IMG/VR virus record: IMGVR_UViG_3300033067_000550 | Location: 1 to 33,239 of that record | Source of the DNA: a virus | Lineage: Duplodnaviria > Caudoviricetes | Length of the DNA: 33,239 bases | Direction: 5' to 3' (one strand) | Shown here: positions 1-6,681 of the stretch, piece after piece | How positions within the stretch are numbered: the first letter of the stretch is position 1 | How the letters are laid out: each line of letters begins with the position of its first letter | The notes under the pieces: model-generated | Database searches by the model: none | The model's input: the letters and a program-made list of their open reading frames with translations, nothing else | Told to the model about the DNA's origin: nothing | Program-made: the position numbers and the translations under genes

Positions 1-249
1 TTTTCTCTGTCTCGAATGCGTGCAGCGATGCGGGAGCACGAAGCCGCCATCCTCGCCAAACTCCAGCCAGCGCAGGGGGTGCCGGATGCCACAGAAGAAA
101 TGCTTGTGGCGGGCCTCAAGGAATGCGAACCGCTGGGAGAGTTGATCGATTGGTGCGAAGGCTTCGGGCGCGATGAAATGCGCGCAGTCTGGCAAGCCAT
201 GCTCACCGCCGCCCCAACCCCGCCCCACGCAGATCAGAAAGGACAGTGA
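1..249 (+). CDS. Phage hypothetical early protein, 5'-truncated (Ea/Eaa-like C-terminal motif)
   Basis: Frame is open from base 1; contains a P..TEEML.AG...W.AML.AAP motif common in small phage early proteins; stop overlaps the next start (GTGA). Confidence 0.65.
   Translation, partial: FSLSRMRAAMREHEAAILAKLQPAQGVPDATEEMLVAGLKECEPLGELIDWCEGFGRDEMRAVWQAMLTAAPTPPHADQKGQ
55..76 (+). repeat. 22-bp direct repeat, copy 1 (GCCAAACTCCAGCCAGCGCAGG)
   Basis: Exact match to 605..626; both copies encode AKLQPAQ. Confidence 0.9.
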
Positions 250-446
250 TGAGCCAAGAACAAAAGTTGCGTTGCCCTGAGTGCCACAGCGAAGAAGTCG
301 CATTGACTGCAGAACAGATGTTCATGGCCAACACGGGTGAGCACTACTGCCATAGCGTCAAGACGCAGGATGCCGATGCAAAAGCCGTGTGCTTGAAGTG
401 CCGGTGGACTGGCCGACATGATCAACTTGAAGGGTACGCCACATGA
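246..446 (+). CDS. Small zinc-ribbon-like hypothetical protein
   Basis: CPEC...CLKC pairs; AAGGA upstream; 4-bp overlaps with both neighbours. Confidence 0.7.
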   Translation: MMSQEQKLRCPECHSEEVALTAEQMFMANTGEHYCHSVKTQDADAKAVCLKCRWTGRHDQLEGYAT

Positions 447-937
447 CCACCACCCCACAAGCCGCGCTGCTGAGTGCGCAAAACCCGTTGCTGAAGCGCT
501 GCTACACGATGTCAGAGCCTCACTTGTCGGGCTATCGCGTTGTCATCGGCTTCGAGCGTTTGGAAGACGCCCAAGATGCACACGAGTACATCGCCAAGCT
601 CCAAGCCAAACTCCAGCCAGCGCAGGCGGGGGAGTTGCCAATCGCGACTGACGCTGATCTTGACATGATGGATAAGTTCGCCCGTGAGCACAACGTGAAT
701 GCTGCGTTCTTCCCAATCGACGCCAGCACACTGGCGGGCTTTGTCGTCAGCGTGATCGACGAAATTCGCAAGCACCGAGCCGCCCTCTCAGCGCGCAAGC
801 CGTTGAACAGCGCTCAGATCCGTGGGATGGCAATACAAGAACAATTCTTGCTGGTCTGTGACAGTCTGGAAGACTTGACTTGCATCGTGCGAGAAGTTGA
901 ACGCGCACACGGCATCGGCCTGGAGGTGAAGCCGTGA
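443..937 (+). CDS. Phage hypothetical protein
   Basis: ATGA overlap with the upstream gene and GTGA overlap with the helicase; 164 aa. Confidence 0.7.
   Translation: MTTTPQAALLSAQNPLLKRCYTMSEPHLSGYRVVIGFERLEDAQDAHEYIAKLQAKLQPAQAGELPIATDADLDMMDKFAREHNVNAAFFPIDASTLAGFVVSVIDEIRKHRAALSARKPLNSAQIRGMAIQEQFLLVCDSLEDLTCIVREVERAHGIGLEVKP
605..626 (+). repeat. 22-bp direct repeat, copy 2
   Basis: Exact match to 55..76. Confidence 0.9.
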
Positions 938-2310
938 GCAAACCGTTCACGCCCCGGCCCTACCAGGGCCACATCATCGGCCACATCCTGGACGTGGACC
1001 GGTGCGCGGTGTGGGCAGGCATGGGCATGGGCAAGACCAGCAGCACCCTGTCCGCGATCCGGGACCTGCAAATGGTTGAGTCCAACCCCGTGCTGGTGCT
1101 CGCCCCCAAGCGTGTGGCCATGTCCACCTGGCCCGATGAGGCGCGCAAGTGGGACCACCTGGCCGACATGCAGATCATGCCCGTGGTGGGGTCTGCCGAG
1201 GAGCGACGCCTGGCCCTCAAGCACGACGCGCCCGTCTACACCACGAACTACGAAAATTTGGAGTGGCTGGTCGACCACCTCGGCGACCGCTGGCCATTCG
1301 AGACCGTGATCGCGGACGAGGCCACGCGGCTAAAGTCCTTCCGCCTGCGCCAGGGTGGTGTGCGCGCCCGCGCCCTGGGCAAGGTGGCCCACACCAAGGT
1401 CAAGCGGTTCGTGGAGTTGACCGGCACGCCATCGCCCAACGGCCTGCACGACCTGTGGGGGCAGACGTGGTTTCTGGACGCAGGCGCCCGGCTCGGGCGC
1501 ACGTTCGACGCGTTCAACAAGCGGTGGTTCAGGCCCGCGCCCGACGGCTTTGGCACCCTCCCCTTCGACCACTCACAAGGCGAGATCCAGGCCAAGCTGC
1601 GCGACTTGTGCCTGACCGTCGAGGCCAAAGACTGGTTTGACTTGCGCGAGCCCATCGTCACGAACATCTATGTGGACCTACCCATCAAGGCCCGGCGCCT
1701 ATATCGGGACATGGAAAAGCAAATGTTCATGGAGATCGGCGAGCACAAGGTCGAGGCCTTCGGTGCAGCAGCTCGCACCATCAAGTGCTTGCAGATCGCC
1801 AACGGTGCGGCCTACGTGGGCGAGGACACCAGCAAGTGGGAAGAGGTGCACGACGCCAAACTGCAAGCCCTGGAGTCGATCATCGAGGAAGCGGGCGGCA
1901 TGCCCGTGCTGGTGGCCTACCAGTTCAAGAGCGACCTGGCCCGCCTGCAAAAGGCGTTCAAGAACGGCAAGCAGCTGGACGCGGACCCGCAGACCATCCG
2001 CGACTGGAACGCAGGCAAGATCCCCGTGCTGTTCGCCCACCCAGCCAGTGCAGGCCATGGCCTGAACCTGCAAGACGGGGGCAACATACTGGCGTTCTTT
2101 GGCTTCGACTGGAACCTGGAAAACAGGCTGCAGATCATCGAACGGATCGGGCCCACGCGGCAAATGCAAGCGGGGCATGACCGCCCCATGTTCATCTACA
2201 ACATCGTGGCCCGCGATACAGTGGACGAGCTGGTCCTCAAGCGGGTCGAAACCAAGCGCGAGGTGCAGGACCTCCTGCTCGAAGCCATGAAATTGAAAGG
2301 TATCAAATGA
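934..2310 (+). CDS. SNF2-family (SF2) DNA helicase/ATPase
   Basis: PRPYQ Q-motif, GMGMGKT Walker A, IADEA Walker B, LTGTP motif III, SAGHGLNLQ motif V, QIIERI motif VI; GGAGG RBS. Confidence 0.93.
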   Translation: MSKPFTPRPYQGHIIGHILDVDRCAVWAGMGMGKTSSTLSAIRDLQMVESNPVLVLAPKRVAMSTWPDEARKWDHLADMQIMPVVGSAEERRLALKHDAPVYTTNYENLEWLVDHLGDRWPFETVIADEATRLKSFRLRQGGVRARALGKVAHTKVKRFVELTGTPSPNGLHDLWGQTWFLDAGARLGRTFDAFNKRWFRPAPDGFGTLPFDHSQGEIQAKLRDLCLTVEAKDWFDLREPIVTNIYVDLPIKARRLYRDMEKQMFMEIGEHKVEAFGAAARTIKCLQIANGAAYVGEDTSKWEEVHDAKLQALESIIEEAGGMPVLVAYQFKSDLARLQKAFKNGKQLDADPQTIRDWNAGKIPVLFAHPASAGHGLNLQDGGNILAFFGFDWNLENRLQIIERIGPTRQMQAGHDRPMFIYNIVARDTVDELVLKRVETKREVQDLLLEAMKLKGIK

Positions 2311-2546
2311 GCGACGCAGCCAGCGCCCTCAACGTCCAAGCAGGCGGGGACCACTACAAGAAACTGGTGGTGCAGCCTATCGAGTACATCCACGCCAACG
2401 GCATCCCCTTCGCCGAGGGCAGCGTGATCAAGTACGTCACCCGCTGGCGGGACAAGGGCGGGATCGAGGACCTGAAAAAGGCCCGCCACTTCCTTGACTT
2501 GCTGATCGAACTGGAAAGCAAAGCCGCACAGGAGAAAACAAAGTGA
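2307..2546 (+). CDS. DUF3310-like protein (T7 gp1.7 nucleotide kinase-like)
   Basis: Q.GGDHY...QPIEYI...G.VIKY..R...KGG.EDLKKA..FL signature; ATGA overlap. Confidence 0.85.
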   Translation: MSDAASALNVQAGGDHYKKLVVQPIEYIHANGIPFAEGSVIKYVTRWRDKGGIEDLKKARHFLDLLIELESKAAQEKTK

Positions 2547-2800
2547 ACGACCACGACAGCCTAGCTGAAGAGCGGGCGCATATCGGCAGCCGTGCAATCT
2601 ACCTGGCAGGCCTCGCGCAAACGCTTGAGCTTTGCCTGGAGGAAGGCGATTTAACGGAGGACCTCGCATGGTCTTTCAAAGCCCTGGGGGAAAGTGCTTC
2701 CAGGATTGGGGAAGACATTCAAAAGCTGATCGACGCCTTCGGTAGGGTCACAACCGCGCAGCAATCTGATCCGCCCGCTCCCGGTAATACCTCTCGTTGA
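2543..2800 (+). CDS. Hypothetical protein
   Basis: GTGA overlap and AGGAG upstream; no motif; 3' end overlaps the integrase remnant on the opposite strand. Confidence 0.45.
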   Translation: MNDHDSLAEERAHIGSRAIYLAGLAQTLELCLEEGDLTEDLAWSFKALGESASRIGEDIQKLIDAFGRVTTAQQSDPPAPGNTSR

Positions 2801-2927
2801 GCGTGCGCAGGTCCTTGATCCCGCTCATGCGTGACAAGGTCAGCACGTCATACCTGCGGGCCAGCCTGGTCAGGGCCTCGCCCCGGGTGTCGTGGATGTG
2901 CAGGTCCTCTATCAGCATCTTGTCGCG
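2748..2927 (-). pseudogene. int: C-terminal remnant of a tyrosine recombinase (phage integrase)
   Basis: Manual translation (not in the ORF track): RDKMLIEDLHIHDTRGEALTRLARRYDVLTLSRMSGIKDLRTLNERYYRERADQIAARL*. Matches box II (H-x-x-R ... SG.KD ... Y). In-frame TAG at 2928-2930 immediately upstream. Confidence 0.85.
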
Positions 2928-2950
2928 CTACAGCGGCAATTTCCTGTACG

Positions 2951-2975
2951 TGGTGCCCCGGGCCGGACTCGAACC
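2951..2975 (-). other. attP-like core: 3' end of a tRNA gene (GGTTCGAGTCCGGCCCGGGGCACCA)
   Basis: T-loop TTCGAGT, 3' T-stem CCGGC, acceptor strand CCGGGGC, discriminator A, CCA; the 5' T-stem and the rest of the tRNA are absent; adjacent to the integrase remnant. Confidence 0.85.
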
Positions 2976-3015
2976 CCGCTATGAAAGCAGCGCGCCGCGC
3001 GGGAGTGGCGGGGGA

Positions 3016-3531
3016 CTACTTGCTCAGGTTCGCGATGGTGTCGTCCTTGGCGCGCGAGCTGCGCGTGGTGCCGAACTCGAAGCTGTAGATGTTGTCCAGG
3101 TAGCCCAGGAATCGGCCCAGCACCAGGGTCACGATGCCCTTGAGGTATTCGTTGACGCCGGGGTCCTTCCAGACAATCCACACCAGCGCGGCGATGGCGA
3201 ACACCGCCAGCAGGAACATGATGTCAGCCCGGTAGTTGCGCCGGCCCAGGGCCACGTCGCGCTTACGGGCGTCCTGCACGTCGGCCAGAAACGCCTTGTC
3301 GAGATCCGCCTCTTTGTCAGCCATGGCCTGACGGAAAGCCAGCAGGGCCGAGGGGTCCACCTTCAGGGCTGCCAGAGCCTTGTCGCCACTGTCCTGCCCC
3401 GTGGCCTGCTTGGCAATGTCGATCACCGCGGTGGCCGCCGCTTCGGCCTTGTCGCTGCCCGTGATCCACTTGAGGATGCCCGGCACGAACTGGGCCAGGG
3501 CAAACGCGGTGCTGATCGGTTCCATGCTCAT
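3016..3531 (-). CDS. Putative holin (3TM-holin-like membrane protein)
   Basis: Likely start ATG 3531 (MSMEPIST) overlapping the endolysin stop; D.QDARKR motif, two C-terminal hydrophobic helices, F.FGTTRSS..KD tail. Confidence 0.75.
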   Translation of the reverse strand: MSMEPISTAFALAQFVPGILKWITGSDKAEAAATAVIDIAKQATGQDSGDKALAALKVDPSALLAFRQAMADKEADLDKAFLADVQDARKRDVALGRRNYRADIMFLLAVFAIAALVWIVWKDPGVNEYLKGIVTLVLGRFLGYLDNIYSFEFGTTRSSRAKDDTIANLSK

Positions 3532-3995
3532 GCGTCCTTGAGGTTTGCCGCAATGCGCTTGGCCCATCCTCGGCTGAACACCGGCCAGCTTTTCAGATCC
3601 GCCATCAGGTCCAGCCGGTGGCCGTTGAACCGGGCCAGCACACGGGGTGCAGGCATGCCGTTGATGGCTTGCAGGGTCAGGGGCCCGAGCATCCCGTCGA
3701 CCGTGACACCGACCGCGCGCTGCAGGTTTTTGATTGCGGCGACCGGGCCGGAATTGACTGCCATGTCAAACAGGTCGAACTTGATGACGTCGGGCACGGC
3801 ATCGCACCCAGCGGGGCCCCAATAGTCGTGCAGATACAGCACCTTGGCACGGTCCAGGGTCATGGCCTTGATGTTCTCCAGGGGGTACGCCCTGCGCGAC
3901 ACGCCGAACTTGGTCTCGCCACCCGGATCGGCCGGGTTGTTGGCGTACCCACCTTCGTGGCCGATCAGCTTTTCGAACGCCTGGTCGAAGTTCAT
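3528..3995 (-). CDS. Endolysin, glycoside hydrolase family 108 with peptidoglycan-binding region
   Basis: HEGGY.N.P.DPGGETKFG, FDMAVNSG, LQRAVGV.VDG..GP.T and F..GW..R motifs. Confidence 0.93.
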   Translation of the reverse strand: MNFDQAFEKLIGHEGGYANNPADPGGETKFGVSRRAYPLENIKAMTLDRAKVLYLHDYWGPAGCDAVPDVIKFDLFDMAVNSGPVAAIKNLQRAVGVTVDGMLGPLTLQAINGMPAPRVLARFNGHRLDLMADLKSWPVFSRGWAKRIAANLKDA

Positions 3996-4267
3996 GGTGC
4001 GCCCTTCGTGGACAAGTGGGTCGCGACCCAGGTAAGCACGCTCCCGAACGTGGCCGCCCCGCCGCCCAGTAGCATCATGAGCTTCCAGCCGCCCCGTGCT
4101 TCGGTCAGTGTGTTAGCCACACCGTCCAGCTTGACGCCCAGGGTTTGGATCATGGCTTTCAGTTCGCCGATCTCGCGCCCTTGGGCCTCGACCTTGGTCT
4201 CCAGTACAGCGATCTGGATGTGCGCGTTTTGTAGGGCCTCTTGGTTCAGGGTGCTATCAGGCGGCAT
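3992..4267 (-). CDS. Holin/antiholin-like membrane protein
   Basis: N-terminal coiled coil plus a single C-terminal hydrophobic segment, directly upstream of the endolysin with ATGA overlap. Confidence 0.65.
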   Translation of the reverse strand: MPPDSTLNQEALQNAHIQIAVLETKVEAQGREIGELKAMIQTLGVKLDGVANTLTEARGGWKLMMLLGGGAATFGSVLTWVATHLSTKGAP

Positions 4268-4469
4268 CCGTACCCCCTGCTGGCGGCGTCGGAAATACGA
4301 CCTGCGCAGGGTCTAGCCCTTGGTCCAGCAGGTCAATGACCTTTTGCCGGTAGGCGCCCCACTGCGCCCGCTTGTTCCCCGTCAGCACGGTGTCGGTCGT
4401 CAAAATCGCATCGGCCTCCCCGATCAGGCGGGCCCCCTCTACCTGGATCTCTTCCATGTTCATGCGCAC
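4257..4469 (-). CDS. Tail fibre assembly chaperone-like protein
   Basis: W.AYRQ...DL......FP.PP motif; directly downstream of the tailspike. Start could be ATG 4463 or 4457. Confidence 0.65.
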   Translation of the reverse strand: MRMNMEEIQVEGARLIGEADAILTTDTVLTGNKRAQWGAYRQKVIDLLDQGLDPAQVVFPTPPAGGTDAA

Positions 4470-4471
4470 CC

Positions 4472-6622
4472 CTAGAGAATCCGAGGGCCGCCACGGATGG
4501 CACCCACGGTAAAGTTGCCCAGCGTAAGCTGCAGGTTTCCGCTGCCGTTGATGGCCGCCGTCACGGTCTTCGCGGATGCGTCATCCCGCATCACCGTGGT
4601 GCCGTTCACCCACCCGCCGAGCCGGTGGTCCCCCGTGCCATCGGAGACATAGAAGTCGAACCGCGCGCCCATCTCGTCAGTGGCCCAAGAGATTTGGGAG
4701 TCCACGACAAACGTGCCGGGCCCGGGGCTCGTGTTGTCCGTGACCGTGCAAAACGGCACGCCACCGTTGGCGTATGTTTGGCGCAGGTTGGACCGGCCGA
4801 CGAAATGGTGCGGCACGATCTGCGCGCTGCCAAGCACGGTATCCGCCAACATGTGCCGCGCGGTGCCCGGGCCGGATGCGCTTTGATATACCGACACCTG
4901 CCGCTTGACGATCACCGACCCGTTGAGCAGCCAGTTGGTTGGGATGATGGCCACGGTGCGGTGGGACGTTTCATCCTGGAGGGACCGAGGCAACCACACG
5001 GTCGGCGAATTCAATGCGCCATCCGCGCCCAGGCTGTTATTGATGGTGACGGCGCCCGAGCCCTCAAAGTGGTTATTCGGGCCGAGTTCGCCGGAGTACC
5101 ACGCCACCGCTTGCACTGCGATGGCGCTGTAAAACCAGTTGCCATCCACGTTCAGGCCACGCTTGTAGTTCGAGTCCTGGATGTCCAGGTCGATACCGTT
5201 GCCCTCGAAGTAGTTCGACTTGACTTCCATCCCGTAGACCGCGCCACGGATCACCGCGCCCTTGGCACAGCGTTCGGCGGTGTTTCCGTTGAAGACGACG
5301 CCAGCGGTTCCGGCGGAGAAGTAGAACCCGCAGCCCTTCGTGATGGCCGATCTCAATGCAGAGTTGCCCTGCACAACCATGCCGTTGTTGTTGTCCTCGA
5401 AGCGGAAGCAGGCCTCGGTGTCTGCTGTCACCGCCGAGTCGTATGACGTGAGAACGTCGTTGTTCAAGACGTTCATGTAGAAGCAGCGACGACCATAGAC
5501 CAGCGTCGTCACGCCGCTGATTGCGCCGCAGTGCTTGACAGAGCAACCCTGCAAGAAGTTGTTGAGCTTCAGGGCAAATTCGCAATTCTTGAACTGCAAG
5601 CCCTCTACCTGCGTGTTGTAGTGCAAGTACAGCTCATTGGTGCCCCACGACGATATTGCGCCGGTCGATGCCGTGCCCTGGGCAGTCTCGAAGATGGTCC
5701 CAGACCCAGCGCCAGCGCCCACGATCACAGCGCCATGGCCGTAGATCTTGATTGGCGCATTGCTGCGAGGAATGTAGACGGTCGTTGGGATGGAGTATTG
5801 CCCGGGCGGGTAGAACACCTGACCACCGACCAACGTGGCCGAACCAGCCGCAGCATTGTCCAGGGCGCGTCGAGAAGCTGGCGCCCAGTCCGCGTCACCA
5901 TCCTCCCAGAAGTCGCGCACAGTCAGGCCGCGTGACTGCATGGCGTATCCGATGGTTGCGACCGCGTAATTCTTGGTGGGCGTGAACTCCATCAACGCCG
6001 CGCCTTCGGTGTCGTCTGTGTCGTCCAGTAGGTCGGAAGCGCGTACCGCGTCGCCCACCAGGTCCGCACCCTTGCCTGCGTCCGACGATGCCAGGTCCCC
6101 CGCCAATGCGCTCGACCCGCTCGGGTCCGTGACCGCGAACCCGTCGGCCGTGCCGTTGAACCCCAGTACCCCATAAGCCACGGGTGCGGGCAGCGTGGCA
6201 TCGAAACCCGTGGGGGTTGAGACCGCCAGCTTCAGGCTGCGGCCCACGGTTTCCTTGAGCTGCTGCACCAGGATGGTCAAGCGGTCCAGGGCGTTGTTGA
6301 GCACGGCCGGGAAAAACCCGCCCAGGTTCGTGAACACCGCGGGCTGCGTGTCAGGCACCGCACTGGTCAGGGTCAGCGTGTAGGTGTCGGCCAGGGCAGC
6401 GGTCAGGGTGATGTGGCCCCCGGGGCTGACATCCTGGTCAGCGTTGCGCGTGACGGTGTAATCGGTGGTCAGCACCAGGGTGGACTCCGCCCCCGTGGCG
6501 ATCACTGCGCGAGTCACCACCAGGTCAGAGTCGGCGAACACCTTGAAGCCAAACGTGTACTGCACGTCCGTGTTGTTCCCGGTGTACGGGCCGGCCTTGC
6601 GCGGGGTGTTCGTAACGGACAT
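4472..6622 (-). CDS. Tailspike / tail fibre with podovirus anchor domain and beta-helix (pectate-lyase-like) domain
   Basis: Start ATG 6622 with AGGAG RBS; N-terminal YTGN....YTF.FKVF..SDL.V ... ALDRLTILVQQL anchor; VRDF...GD.DW...VFYPPGQY beta-helix cap followed by Asn-rich repeats. Confidence 0.85.
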   Translation of the reverse strand: MSVTNTPRKAGPYTGNNTDVQYTFGFKVFADSDLVVTRAVIATGAESTLVLTTDYTVTRNADQDVSPGGHITLTAALADTYTLTLTSAVPDTQPAVFTNLGGFFPAVLNNALDRLTILVQQLKETVGRSLKLAVSTPTGFDATLPAPVAYGVLGFNGTADGFAVTDPSGSSALAGDLASSDAGKGADLVGDAVRASDLLDDTDDTEGAALMEFTPTKNYAVATIGYAMQSRGLTVRDFWEDGDADWAPASRRALDNAAAGSATLVGGQVFYPPGQYSIPTTVYIPRSNAPIKIYGHGAVIVGAGAGSGTIFETAQGTASTGAISSWGTNELYLHYNTQVEGLQFKNCEFALKLNNFLQGCSVKHCGAISGVTTLVYGRRCFYMNVLNNDVLTSYDSAVTADTEACFRFEDNNNGMVVQGNSALRSAITKGCGFYFSAGTAGVVFNGNTAERCAKGAVIRGAVYGMEVKSNYFEGNGIDLDIQDSNYKRGLNVDGNWFYSAIAVQAVAWYSGELGPNNHFEGSGAVTINNSLGADGALNSPTVWLPRSLQDETSHRTVAIIPTNWLLNGSVIVKRQVSVYQSASGPGTARHMLADTVLGSAQIVPHHFVGRSNLRQTYANGGVPFCTVTDNTSPGPGTFVVDSQISWATDEMGARFDFYVSDGTGDHRLGGWVNGTTVMRDDASAKTVTAAINGSGNLQLTLGNFTVGAIRGGPRIL

Positions 6623-6632
6623 GGGCGGTGCT

Positions 6633-6667
6633 CCTGAATGCCGCAAGTCTCAGGGTCGGCATTCAGG
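6633..6667. promoter_or_regulatory. 11-bp perfect inverted repeat covering part of the tailspike RBS
   Basis: CCTGAATGCCG (6633-6643) and CGGCATTCAGG (6657-6667), 13-nt loop. Confidence 0.7.
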
Positions 6668-6677
6668 GCATGTGCAC
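6646..6677 (-). promoter_or_regulatory. Putative late promoter A (GTGCAC-N20-GAGACT)
   Basis: Intergenic, upstream of the tailspike; one of five copies with identical spacing. Confidence 0.7.
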
Positions 6678-6681
6678 GCGT

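Noticed and set aside
2951-3030. Complete tRNA gene
   Set aside because: Only the T-loop to CCA is present; the 5' T-stem does not pair fully and there is no anticodon or D arm.
2797-3825. 342-aa + strand ORF (and 2912..3181 on the - strand)
   Set aside because: Antisense or out-of-frame shadow of the lysis genes, crossing the att core and integrase remnant; no motifs.
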